Below, piece by piece: positions 39,134 through 49,094 of a stretch of 64,000 nt of DNA (its first letter is position 1; each line of letters begins with the position of its first letter). Source of the stretch: a virus; IMG/VR virus record IMGVR_UViG_3300017774_006254, positions 97,503-161,502 of that record; one strand, given 5' to 3'. The position numbers and the translations under genes are program-made. The notes under the pieces were generated by a model, which was not told where the DNA came from, did not search any database, and was given only the letters and a program-made list of their open reading frames with translations.

Positions 39134-40874
39134 GATCCATCTCCTGCACGAAGCACGTAGTTGCAGATGTAGTCGAGTCCTTTATCGGGCCACCCCTCTT
39201 CCTCTTGAGTCGCCTCGTCAGCTGGGCGCTCCTTGTAGTCCACCTGCACGCACGTTTGGACCGGAAGGAGCATCCCCCACTGCACCCCTCTCATCATGCC
39301 GTCTTCGGGCCAGTGATCGCCTCGAAGCTCCAAGCACGACCTGGCGGCATCTCTCGCCTTGTCAGCGGAGTCGTACTCGTAGAAACAACCTTCTTCGTCG
39401 ATGGAGTACCAGGCAGCAGTCTTGCTCTCGTCGGCTGGCTTGAGCCCGCGCTGTTCGAGCTGTGCACGCATGATTCGGTTCTGCGCCATCACGAAGTCCG
39501 CCCCGAGGCGCACAGCCGCGATTTCGTCGAAGAGCCTGTCGAGCGCCTTCAGCCCTTCCAGCTTCTCCGTACAGGTGCGACAAGGACGCGTTCGCATCCG
39601 CTCAACCGTGCACGCTCCGCACTTCACAGCGCTGAGAATGGATGCCTTGGCCTTGTCTATTTCATCGTTGGTCATGATCAATTCCTGGTGAGCTGGGGCC
39701 TGGACTACTGCCTCGAATCTCGACCTTGTTCAGGTACATGCCGAGAACTTCGGACATAGCCTGTTCTTTGTCAGCTGGGAGGAACCACACTTCGGGAGCG
39801 AACCCGCGCCGTTCCAGTTCATCGAAGAGCGGCTTGGGATCTGTCATCGGTTTGAACGCGTCCATGACTTTGCGCGGAGCGGCATCGTCCCACTGGTCGC
39901 GTTCGGAGTTGTAGGCATCGAGGGCATGCTGCCCGCTGGGCTCGGGAGTACAGAGCGTGCAGACCGTCATATCGCGCACTGACTGCCGGTAGAGCATGCG
40001 CATGGCGTTGAAGATGTGCTCGTCTTCCATGTCGGCGATTCGAATCGACGAACCGTCCTTCATCTTCCAGCTAGGTTCCGTCTTCATCTGCGCCACCTTT
40101 CTTCGTGCCTGTGAAATCGGCCCAGCAAGAATCGCAGGCGAACGTCTCTGTCGCAGAGATCTTGCGCTGTGCTCCAGCGACAGAATAGAACTTTCGAGGC
40201 TCATAGAACCGCGCAGTGGCGGCGGCGCGGCAAGTGTAGTTTCGGTAATGGCACGGATGGTCTCCAACCCCGTCCCAGCCACAGCGACAAGCCTTACTCA
40301 TCTTCGCCCTCGTCGTCCTCGTCGTCCTCATCCCGCTCTGGATGCCACGGGCCGCCAAGATCCACTGTCGGGCCATCGGGAGGCGACGGGAGGTACCCGG
40401 CGGAGGTGCCCGAGGCATGCGCACGACCCATCCGGTTCTTCAGGTCTGCGTTCAGGCTGAGGAGCGCCGCTCTTACCACTTCCATCTGAAGCTCAACAAG
40501 CAATTGCTCGTACGTCATGTCGACGGTCAGATAGGCATCGACGATGGGCGACCAGAGCCGGTAGACGGGTTTACCGTCGCGAATTCGGTGATGGATAACG
40601 CTCATGTCGGTTCTTTCGTGTTGGCGGGCACTGCGTACTTCGCTGGCACCACGTACCACGCGGGCCATGGGCAAGAGTGCGGGGGCTGAGGCGGTCTTAT
40701 GAGCAGACCCCGATCACAGAGAGTGGCGACGTTGACGCGGATGTCGTACGCGCGAAGGTCTGCGCGCCAGACAGAGTCGCGCTGCATCGCGCGGCGGTGC
40801 GACTTGTTGAGAAGCACGCGCTCTCGAAGCTTTGCGCGGCGTGTCTTGGGCGGATGGCAGCTTGGCTTGGTCAC
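39130..40874 (-). CDS. Several hypothetical ORFs (39130-39681, 39662-40087, 40294-~40605, 40602-40874)
   Basis: Overlapping or closely spaced ORFs. Confidence 0.55.
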
Positions 40875-43800
40875 AGGACTTTCTCCTCGGTAATTTCGAT
40901 GCGCAGCACGCTGCCATCAGCGCCGCGCTCGCTAACCCAGGAGGTCGGTGTTTCCTCAGTCCATCTTGGAGAAGTCACGCGGTGCCTTGTGACTTGTTGC
41001 TGAGCGGAGTCGATCGTCGAGTGCAGGGTAAGGGGCCCTTCCCCCAGCAAGATGTGCTTCCTCCCTGCTGGTGACAGCTGGTACCTCTTCAGGGTTACAG
41101 CGAACACCAAGGCGGAGACAGGTGGAACGCTCGCGTTTGCTACTGGCTCCCAGTCGCTAAGCCTGATGCGGACGATAGCGGCCTTGCGCGGCCACCAGGC
41201 CGTCCACCATCCAGCGCTTGAATTCGTATCAAGCTCTCGCAGCACAAGCTCCTCGTTCTGGCTGACGTGCTCTGGCGAGTAGATTGGCTGGTGGAGTTCG
41301 ATGATCTGGTTCGGACCTGGCTTGCGCGGGCGAACTCGGCGCTCTGGAGATGGCGATGGCTGAGCGAAGATTTCCCTCAGTGCACCTCGACCAGATCCAG
41401 GCCGTCCGTCCTTCCCGCGGTCCGTAACAACCAAGTCGTAGCTTCTGATCGTGGCCACGCCGTTGGCATTGGGAACGACTGCACGAGCCTCTGCTTCTGT
41501 TGCGAACACGTTGTTGAAGTGCCCATCGACCGTGACGACGAACATCTTTGTCGTATCGCTTGGGAAGCGAGCCACGAACTCGCGAGACTTGATTTCACTG
41601 TCCCCAAAGACGCCCTTGCAGTCCAAGAAGAACTCGAACACGCATTCATCTTCTGGGTTCGGGGATGGTGGTGCCACAGGCGGAACGCCTGAGGGGGTAC
41701 CGCCGTAGTAGCTGACAGCGTTCTTCGGTTCCTCGGTCTCCTTCTTTAGCCACTTGGTGTACGCAGCAAGCGCGATGTCAAAGTCAACGTGTACGCGGCC
41801 CCATCCGATCTGGATGATGTCCAAGCTGTACTCGCCCGATGAAACGAACTCGCAGATCGAGCGCAGGAATTTTGCTGAGTTGTCCTCAAGCACCTGCGCA
41901 CCTGGCTCCGCATCCAAACCGAGCACTAGGCGCTCATGCGTGCAGCGAAGCAGCTCTCGCTGAACCATGTACGCGCCGTCGTGGTAGCCCATGACGACAC
42001 CGCGCGAGCCGTCTGGCATCTTCACGAGCGTCCCAACGGTGAGCACGTGATCACCTCGCTTCACCTTGGGGAACTTCCCATCCATGATCTCAGGCATGAG
42101 GATCGCGGGGACGAGCGCTCGGTTGATCTTCGCTGCGATAGCGTCACCCTGGCGGATGCTGTCCAGCCCATGGCTGAGGTCGTAGGCCATGGTATGAGTG
42201 ACGCGCCGGACCGTGGGAGTGCTTGGGCGCTTGTAGTTCTCTGACATGTAGACCATGTAGACATGCGGTTCGAAGTACGTCGCACCGGTTGCAGGTGCTA
42301 CGAACAGGTCTCCCACACGAGCAGGCTTCTTCAGTGAGGAGCCCTTGATGAACTTGTTGCAGTAGTCACTGCTGACGAGTTGGTCGTAGACGTCCTTGGG
42401 ATCGTCGGCTTTCTCTCTGGGTGCCTGGCGTGCCTGGCTTGCGACGATAGAGACGGCTTCGATGGCTTCGATGAGAGCTTGGTTTTCACTGCCTTCGTCT
42501 TCTTCTGGGTCACCTTCTTCGTCAGACGGCTCGGCAGGTGGCTCAGGACTGGGCTCGGGCGGCACGTCGGTGGTGGGCGCGTTGACGAACTGAAACAGGA
42601 ACGTCTCGCTTCTCGTTGTGATGCGACCGCGCGAGTCGTTGTCCAGGAGCAGTTGCCAGTGTGTGTCCTCGACCGGCTTCGCGATGCCGCTGGCTTTCAG
42701 GTCGTAAAGGTCTCTCAAGACGCCGCCGTGTATGACGCGACCGCGCATGCTGTCCGTGAAGTTGAGAACGCGCTGGCCTTTGACGGCTGGGAACAAGACG
42801 AACGTTCCTGCGGGCCGTGTAGCGTGCCAGTGAATGGACTCGGTCGTGACGAAGTCGTTCTCCTTGTCAGTCCCGACTTTCACGGACATCTCTGGCTGAA
42901 AAGTGCACTCTTTGATGCGGTCAGCGGGGTCGTTCTTGAACATGCCGACGCGCAACAGCTTGGGGCTCGGAGCTGGCTCGGGGTTGGACTCGGGAGTCGC
43001 GCGCGAGAGTTCGTTGAGGCGCGCAAAGTGGTCGGAGGCGTTGTAGGTCGTCTCCGGCACAGCGGTGCCTTCTGGCTTAGCGTCGGGAGCAGGTGCCGGA
43101 ACGCTGACGAACTTGAAGGCCGCGGTTACGTGGCTGTCGAGTTCCAGTAGGCCATGCATGTCCTCGGTCAGACCGATCACCCAGCGCGCCCCGTCGTTCT
43201 TGGCAACGTTGTCTTCTCGCAGGCCTTCCAGGTCGCGAGTGATGGAGCCTGCTCCGACGCGCCCACGCGCATGCTCAGTGAACTGCAAGGTGCACCCATC
43301 GGATGTCAGGCGAATGGCAATGTGCTCAGAAATCGACACGTACTCGATGATCTGGCCCGGTTTGTAGTCGTCTTCTTTGACAAGCTTCTTGTCCTTGAAG
43401 AAGCCGACGCGCAGTTGCTTCGAGGGCTGGTTCTGGACGGCGGTATCTGGTGCGGGCGTGATGGGCACTTGTTTCTCCTTCGAGTGGGCGGCGAGCATGG
43501 TGGTGAGTTCAGAACGGGTGACGCGTAGTTCGTTGACGAGGGCGTCGGCGGCTTCTTGCGGGCTTCCGTGACCCGTTACCGTGATGCCCGTAAGTCGAGG
43601 CCCGTACTTGTCGCGCGTCTTGAACGAGGCGCCCCAGGTGTCGGTGCGGGGGCTGTGAAACACGACGGTTTCCCCGGGCCTCTCTCCGCTATGCCCGCAG
43701 TAGAAGCGGCCGTGCTCCTTCCCCATCTCTTTCCCGAGGAAGAACACGGGGCCTCGCTCCTTGCCCACGAGTCTGTCCAGCGCTTGCTTCTGAGGCGGCG

Positions 43801-45655
43801 CGACGTGGGCGATTCTCGCCGTGGCGATTTCGATCTTGTTGGAGCTGACCACGAGCATGACGAGGCCTTGGTTCAGCAGCTCGAACAGGAACTCTCGTCG
43901 ATCGGGCCAGATGACCTCGTGGATGAAGCCATCGCGACTCATCTTGGTTCCAAAAAGGTGCTCCCACATCGCCGCCGCCTCGGCGCTGACGTCGATCACT
44001 TTGGAGGTGTGACCAGCGGGGAATGCACCGCACCAGAGCGTGTCACCGCGCTCAAAACGCATATTGTCGCGCGTGTAGCGGAAACCGGCGACAGGGGCTT
44101 TTACTGGCGCTTCCTCTTCTGGCCCGTCAACTAACACAAGCTTCTCGAAGTGGTCTTCATGCGCCTCGAACGCTTCGGATGACATGTGGAAAGTCTTGCC
44201 CGGGCGCTCGGTACATCGAACCCAGAATTCTTCGTTATCGTTGATAGGCGGGTGACGCAGGTCTTTGAGATTCACCGTGAAGGTCGTGCCGTCGCAATTC
44301 ACCACGTCAGCTTCAGATGCGTTGACCAGTCTCACGACGTGGCAGAGTTCGGCTCGGAACCCGGTACCAAAGAGCACTGCGTCGCCTGGTTCGAAGGCGA
44401 ATGTTGTGGTTTCTGGGGTAGTTACTGCGCGCACGGTCACTTCGTCGTTGCGCCAGTACCTCGTTCCCCGGTTTGTTTCGACCGTCAGATGGCCCCCTCT
44501 GGCGTCGGTGACCACGCCAGAATTCCCCGATCTTTCCACGGTGTCTCCGACTTTGATCTCTTGGAGGACTGCGGGGGCAGGCGTTGAGGGGAAGTGCGTG
44601 ACGACGGGGACGAACTTCGAGACGCGGGCCATGTCGGATGTGGGCATCACGAAGAAGCCGTCTTGCGGACGCTCAGGACATCGAACCCAGTCGCCCTCGC
44701 GAACGTCAGGGCGCCGCAGGAACTTCGGCTCGATCGCCTTCGTGGTAACGCCGTTCAGGTCTGTGATGTCGACGCTGGAGCCAGCCAGACTCACGCTCTT
44801 CACGACGTAGCGAGTGGCTCCGTCGAGGTCGAGCGTGGTGACAATGTCTCCAGGCTCGAAGTCTGCGCTCGCAGCCTCTTGCTTTGGCGGTGCGACTCGA
44901 ACGTAGTAGATGCGCTGCTCGTGAAGGTCTGCGCTAAACGAGACAGGAGCCTCTCGGGGATAACGGAGATCACGAACCCAGTCGTTGACGCTGAGAGGAG
45001 CGTGCCGAAGGTCTCCGGGGCTTATGTACACCTCGCCACCGTTCACGCTCAATGCGTCCTGGCCAAGCTTTCGAATCACGACAGATTCTTCGTAGGCACG
45101 CGTGACCACAAACTTGGCGGCAACCTCCACCGGCAGAGTGCCTGTCACGATGTCGCCAGTCTTGAACCCGTGCGCATAATCTTCAGGCATCGATTCGACT
45201 GGAAAGCCAGCTCGCTTGTTCCAACAATCCTCACTCTCGATCGTCACGACACCCGGCGAGATTTCAGCCGTCAAATAGACACCGCCACCATGCGGGATTC
45301 CAAGGTGCGCCATGAGGTGCGAAGGAAGGCGATGGAGCCCGTTTTCCGTGACGTGCGATACGCCGATTCCGCGAGCGCCGATCGACGTCTGCTTTCCGTC
45401 GACAATTTCGTTCAGAAAGCCAACAGCCTCATCCCAGGTGCTGGCCTCCCAGGTGGCAGCCGTCAGCTGAGCTGGATCCCCAAGGCCGTCGGCCCGAGCC
45501 CGAGCCTCGGAATAGCGGCTCAGAAAATAGGCCCTCAGCCTTTGCAAACGGCGCATCAGGCGGCGCGTGGCGTAACGTCTCGATTTCATTGGGTATCTCC
45601 GGATTGAGCTGGGTGCCCAGGGTAGGCGCGTACCATATGACACCGCCTGGCCCAT
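40871..45655 (-). CDS. Giant (~1590 aa) modular protein with SH3/KOW-like repeats
   Basis: FxxGDxV..LR.P..WVR module three times; LRVG.FK..FT..RGRV..RDL module twice; Pro-rich linkers. Confidence 0.85.
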   Translation of the reverse strand: MGQAVSYGTRLPWAPSSIRRYPMKSRRYATRRLMRRLQRLRAYFLSRYSEARARADGLGDPAQLTAATWEASTWDEAVGFLNEIVDGKQTSIGARGIGVSHVTENGLHRLPSHLMAHLGIPHGGGVYLTAEISPGVVTIESEDCWNKRAGFPVESMPEDYAHGFKTGDIVTGTLPVEVAAKFVVTRAYEESVVIRKLGQDALSVNGGEVYISPGDLRHAPLSVNDWVRDLRYPREAPVSFSADLHEQRIYYVRVAPPKQEAASADFEPGDIVTTLDLDGATRYVVKSVSLAGSSVDITDLNGVTTKAIEPKFLRRPDVREGDWVRCPERPQDGFFVMPTSDMARVSKFVPVVTHFPSTPAPAVLQEIKVGDTVERSGNSGVVTDARGGHLTVETNRGTRYWRNDEVTVRAVTTPETTTFAFEPGDAVLFGTGFRAELCHVVRLVNASEADVVNCDGTTFTVNLKDLRHPPINDNEEFWVRCTERPGKTFHMSSEAFEAHEDHFEKLVLVDGPEEEAPVKAPVAGFRYTRDNMRFERGDTLWCGAFPAGHTSKVIDVSAEAAAMWEHLFGTKMSRDGFIHEVIWPDRREFLFELLNQGLVMLVVSSNKIEIATARIAHVAPPQKQALDRLVGKERGPVFFLGKEMGKEHGRFYCGHSGERPGETVVFHSPRTDTWGASFKTRDKYGPRLTGITVTGHGSPQEAADALVNELRVTRSELTTMLAAHSKEKQVPITPAPDTAVQNQPSKQLRVGFFKDKKLVKEDDYKPGQIIEYVSISEHIAIRLTSDGCTLQFTEHARGRVGAGSITRDLEGLREDNVAKNDGARWVIGLTEDMHGLLELDSHVTAAFKFVSVPAPAPDAKPEGTAVPETTYNASDHFARLNELSRATPESNPEPAPSPKLLRVGMFKNDPADRIKECTFQPEMSVKVGTDKENDFVTTESIHWHATRPAGTFVLFPAVKGQRVLNFTDSMRGRVIHGGVLRDLYDLKASGIAKPVEDTHWQLLLDNDSRGRITTRSETFLFQFVNAPTTDVPPEPSPEPPAEPSDEEGDPEEDEGSENQALIEAIEAVSIVASQARQAPREKADDPKDVYDQLVSSDYCNKFIKGSSLKKPARVGDLFVAPATGATYFEPHVYMVYMSENYKRPSTPTVRRVTHTMAYDLSHGLDSIRQGDAIAAKINRALVPAILMPEIMDGKFPKVKRGDHVLTVGTLVKMPDGSRGVVMGYHDGAYMVQRELLRCTHERLVLGLDAEPGAQVLEDNSAKFLRSICEFVSSGEYSLDIIQIGWGRVHVDFDIALAAYTKWLKKETEEPKNAVSYYGGTPSGVPPVAPPSPNPEDECVFEFFLDCKGVFGDSEIKSREFVARFPSDTTKMFVVTVDGHFNNVFATEAEARAVVPNANGVATIRSYDLVVTDRGKDGRPGSGRGALREIFAQPSPSPERRVRPRKPGPNQIIELHQPIYSPEHVSQNEELVLRELDTNSSAGWWTAWWPRKAAIVRIRLSDWEPVANASVPPVSALVFAVTLKRYQLSPAGRKHILLGEGPLTLHSTIDSAQQQVTRHRVTSPRWTEETPTSWVSERGADGSVLRIEITEEKVL

Positions 45656-45725
45656 GTCAAGTGGTTCCTATAAGAGAGATTACCAGCCTTCCCGTTTGAC
45701 AACCAAAACCGTGCTACGATAGGCC

Positions 45726-46160
45726 ATGGCGCGCCCCAGGACCCCCTCAGTGACCTACTCGGAGCCCAGCTCGGAGGATTACGCGTCCAAAAACGTCGTG
45801 TCGTGCGACGGCTGCGGAAGGGACTGGCCGCGTTCGATGGCGGTCCCGCGCCTGAAGAAGTGCGTCAACTGCGCTCGGGACTGGTGGAGAGCCGCGCAAG
45901 GCGTGCACCGAACAGGCAACGGATCCACTCCAAAATTGCGTCTTCCGAAACCACTTTCGCTTGCACCAAACGGAATGGACGTCGACGCATTCTTGAAGAC
46001 GCGCACTGGCGTTCCAGATCCCATCAAACGTGCGCCGCGAACTCGCGAAGAAAAGCACGATCCGAACGAGTCGATCGACAGCATCGTTTCGCGCATGACG
46101 GCGAGTGCGGTCCTTGAGGAAAATGTCGACGAAGAATTCGTCGACACGGACGCGAGCTGA
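45726..46160 (+). CDS. Zn-finger hypothetical protein immediately upstream of the hairpin array
   Basis: CDGCG...CVNCA; divergent from the giant ORF. Confidence 0.65.
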   Translation: MARPRTPSVTYSEPSSEDYASKNVVSCDGCGRDWPRSMAVPRLKKCVNCARDWWRAAQGVHRTGNGSTPKLRLPKPLSLAPNGMDVDAFLKTRTGVPDPIKRAPRTREEKHDPNESIDSIVSRMTASAVLEENVDEEFVDTDAS

Positions 46161-47100
46161 GCGGCACGATACCAGGCGTGCCTCGATTCGAAGCATCGAG
46201 GAGCTTTTGCGGCGCTGCTCCGGTCTCGTCTTCTGGGTGCCGAGATACCATTGCCGTCGCAGTCGGGTCTCGATTCGAAGCATCGAGAAGCTTTAGACCG
46301 GCGGTCTGTTGTCTCGTCTTAGGCGCCGAGAAGCTTTGGAGGCCAGATGAGATGCTGTCTCGACTCGTGTCGAGCTACCGCTGTGAATCGCTGGGTCTCA
46401 GCTTCGGGCGCCGAGAGGCCTGTGCGCGGAGGTTCTGATGTTGGTCTCTTCGTCTCGTCTTGGCGCCGAGATGCCGCTGAACAGTGGGCGCGGGTCTCGA
46501 CTTGAGCGTCGAGGGGCTCTTGTGAACGTCGGTGGGAGTTTGGGTCTCAGCTCAGTGCTGAGCTACTTTTTCCGAGTCGCGATGGTCTCGTCTTTGGGTG
46601 CCGAGCAACCTCTACTGAGCGGCACGCGTGTGAGCGCGGGTGCACGTGTCTCGACTCGAAGCGTCGAGGGGCTCTTATACTACTGCGCGGAGTGGTCTCG
46701 ACTCAGTTTCGAGGTGCTGAGGGTCTCGACTTGGCGCCGAGAAGCCTTGGTGAGGTGCCGAGATCGTAGACGCCTACGCGTCTTGGCTAAGTGCCAAGCT
46801 ACTCCTGTTCAACATTTCACTTCTCTCTGGTCTCGTCTTTGGGCGTCGAGAAGCCGTTGGCGCTTGCGAGTGCCCATGCTCGCGGGGTTTCAATTCGAAG
46901 CGTTGAGAAGCTTTGGCGTAGTTCTTCGCATCCACGAGGATTGGGTCTCGGCTGGGCGTCGAGAAGTCTTTGGCAAAGGCTAGCTGCCTCAGTTCGAGGT
47001 GCTGAGGAACCGTGTCTCGGACTCATGTCTGACGTCTCGTCTTCGGGTGCCGAGTAACCTCTACCGAGCGGACTCTGTCGCGTCTCGACATCGTGTCGAG

Positions 47101-47319
47101 CTACTCCAACCCGTTCCACTTGTCTCGGCTGAGCGCCGAGCGGCCCTTGTCTTCGAGTTCCAACTCGTCCTCCGCATCGTGCATCACTGACATGAAATGC
47201 TCCGAGGTGTTGGTGTCGATACCCTTTCTCAGAGCCTCTTGAACGCGCGAAGCGTACGCGGGCGTACCTAGGCGCTCTCGCACGCGCGCTTGGAATTCTT
47301 CGCTGGTCTTGTCGATCAT
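47101..47319 (-). CDS. Small ORF embedded between duplicated array units
   Basis: 72 aa; flanked by 31-nt direct repeats 47110-47140 and 47329-47359. Confidence 0.5.
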   Translation of the reverse strand: MIDKTSEEFQARVRERLGTPAYASRVQEALRKGIDTNTSEHFMSVMHDAEDELELEDKGRSALSRDKWNGLE

Positions 47320-47907
47320 GGCGCCACGCCCGTTCCATTTGTCTCGGCTGAGCGCCGAGGTGCCTTTGTAAGGTGGACTTTCAGCCTCAGGTCGAAGGTG
47401 CTGAGGAACCGTTCGCTCTGTCTCGACTTGGGTGTCGAGCTACTTCTTATTGCTTACCAACTTGTCTCGACTGGGCGTCGAACTGCCGTTGCGCGTCTCC
47501 ACATCGTCTTGACTCGGTGCCAAGCAACACTCGGTTTCTTCATGAGGCTCGCCTGGGCGTCGAGCTGCTTTCATCCCGGAGGTTCCATGTCTCGGCATCG
47601 TGCCGAGCTACTTCTAAGAGTGATCGAACGTCCAAGCAGTCCGTTCCACTTGTCTCGGATAAGCCCCGAGCGACCGCAAGCCATCCCAGCGAGTCTCAGC
47701 TTCGAGGCGCTGAGCTGCCTTGGGCGGATGCAACTTGCCTCGCTTGGTCAGCGAGTAGAAGCCGTTGTGAACCGGGTCGTCAACGATGTCTCGGCTGAGC
47801 GCCGAGCGGCAGTAGCCTATGTCCTTCATGTCTCAGTTGGGTACCGAGTAACCGTTGAGACTCTGCCTCGGCTTTTGGTGCTGAGGAACCTATGCGACAC
47901 TGCCCTC

Positions 47908-48111
47908 GTGGCAACGCCAAAGTCGGTCCTCGTGTTTCAGAAGCTTGTTGACGGTGAGTACCAAATTGTTGCCACCTTTGGCGAGGTGGACACCGAGCTT
48001 GGCATCGCCTGGATGAGAGCGCGCAGGATGGGCGAGGACTACCACCGTGCTCAAGTGTGGAGAGGTGACGTTCTTACTTCCATCCCGATCGATTTCCTGA
48101 GCGGGAGTTGA
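47908..48111 (+). CDS. Small ORF embedded in the array
   Basis: GTG-start 67-aa ORF filling the repeat-free gap. Confidence 0.5.
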   Translation: MATPKSVLVFQKLVDGEYQIVATFGEVDTELGIAWMRARRMGEDYHRAQVWRGDVLTSIPIDFLSGS

Positions 48112-48556
48112 CACTGTCTCGGGAACTCCGAGCTGGCTCGACATGGGCATGTCTCAGTTCGCGAAGGCACTGAGAGACCGTAGAACTTGCACATTCGCCT
48201 CGCCTCTGTGACGAGGAACCGCTGGCTTCTCGATCGTGCTTTGACCAGCACGCGTCGCACCAGAGTCGCGCTTCGGGCGTCGAACCTGTATCGCAACCAA
48301 AATCATACGGAAAAACCTTCAAGCACTTCGGACACCGGAATAGCTCGTACCGGTCGAGCACTCTGGTCAGATGGCGCCTTCGCGGCAGGCGGAACTTTTG
48401 TGAACTAAAAGAACCGTCCTGATTTGGAAAGCAGATCCGTACTTGCATTTCATCTCTTCGGTGCGCGGGTGACATTGCCTCGCTCGACAGCGAGTGGTTC
48501 ATAGGCGTAGGCACGTGGTCTCGATTAGAAGGCATCGAGAAGCCGTCGGCAGTAAT

Positions 48557-48655
48557 CGGAGGGTACGAGGGTTGAACTCGCACACGGTTTTCACGTGTCC
48601 AGAGCCTCGCGCCCATGCGCTGCGCTCACGACCGTTACCATTCCGGCAACCCTCC
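48557..48655 (-). ncRNA. tRNA-Ser-like RNA with aberrant extended anticodon arm
   Basis: Acceptor GGAGGGT/ACCCTCC-G, D arm CCG-GAATGGTAA-CGG, long variable arm CACG..CGTG, T arm GCGAG-TTCAACC-CTCGT. Confidence 0.75.
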
Positions 48656-48664
48656 ATGTCATCC

Positions 48665-49072
48665 TTAGCGGGAAGTCCTTCGAGCTGACGCTCCGTGAAA
48701 CAGAAATCTCCTAGCCAACGGGACGCCGGGAGTAATGCGGCCCCAGTTCAACAAAGCGATTACTCGCTTCTCTGTGACGTGCAGTCTCCCAGTCCCGAAG
48801 CGAATTCCCTGCTGGTGCATCTGAGCTTCGTGGCGCTTCACGAAGGCCAGCGACCGGCGAGCTTTGCTCCACATCCTCGGCGTCCAGTTCTGGGCTCGGG
48901 TGCTCTTCATCCTCGCAAGTAGGGGTAGCTCTGCGCGGATGTGATCGAACGAAGCGTGCTTGGACAAAGCAGACGCATGCCACCGGCGAAGCTGGGACGC
49001 GGTCATGTTGATGGTTCTGTTGAACTCACCATACAGCTGAAGATCAAGCTCGGGACGCCTCGATGTTCTCAT
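48665..49072 (-). CDS. DUF3140-like basic protein with RTSR termini
   Basis: EFNRTINMTASQLRRW...ALLNWG; starts MRTSRR, ends RRTSR. Confidence 0.6.
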   Translation of the reverse strand: MRTSRRPELDLQLYGEFNRTINMTASQLRRWHASALSKHASFDHIRAELPLLARMKSTRAQNWTPRMWSKARRSLAFVKRHEAQMHQQGIRFGTGRLHVTEKRVIALLNWGRITPGVPLARRFLFHGASARRTSR

Positions 49073-49094
49073 GATGATTATGTAGCAGCTGTCG

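Larger units (their letters stand above)
46180..48288. repeat. Array of ~38 degenerate hairpin repeats G[TC]CTCR-(loop)-YGAG-NN-RCY with short spacers
   Basis: Unit starts e.g. 46180, 46223, 46267, 46311, 46357, 46395, 46452, 46494, 46544, 46585 ... 47865, 48116, 48151, 48197; compensatory stem changes. Confidence 0.9.

Noticed and set aside
46178-47900. ORFs spanning the array (46178-46438, 46438-46983, 5' part of 47290-48111, etc.)
   Set aside because: Translations simply echo the repeat (VS...E), and units are not kept in frame
46180-48288. Canonical CRISPR array
   Set aside because: Repeats are far too heterogeneous, spacers are short and variable, and no cas genes are in the window; reported as a novel repeat array instead
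46180-48288. Integron attC sites or GTAG-family REP elements
   Set aside because: No RYYYAAC/GTTRRRY boxes and units are too short; GTAG abuts the stem in only a minority of units; no recognisable IntI or RAYT gene
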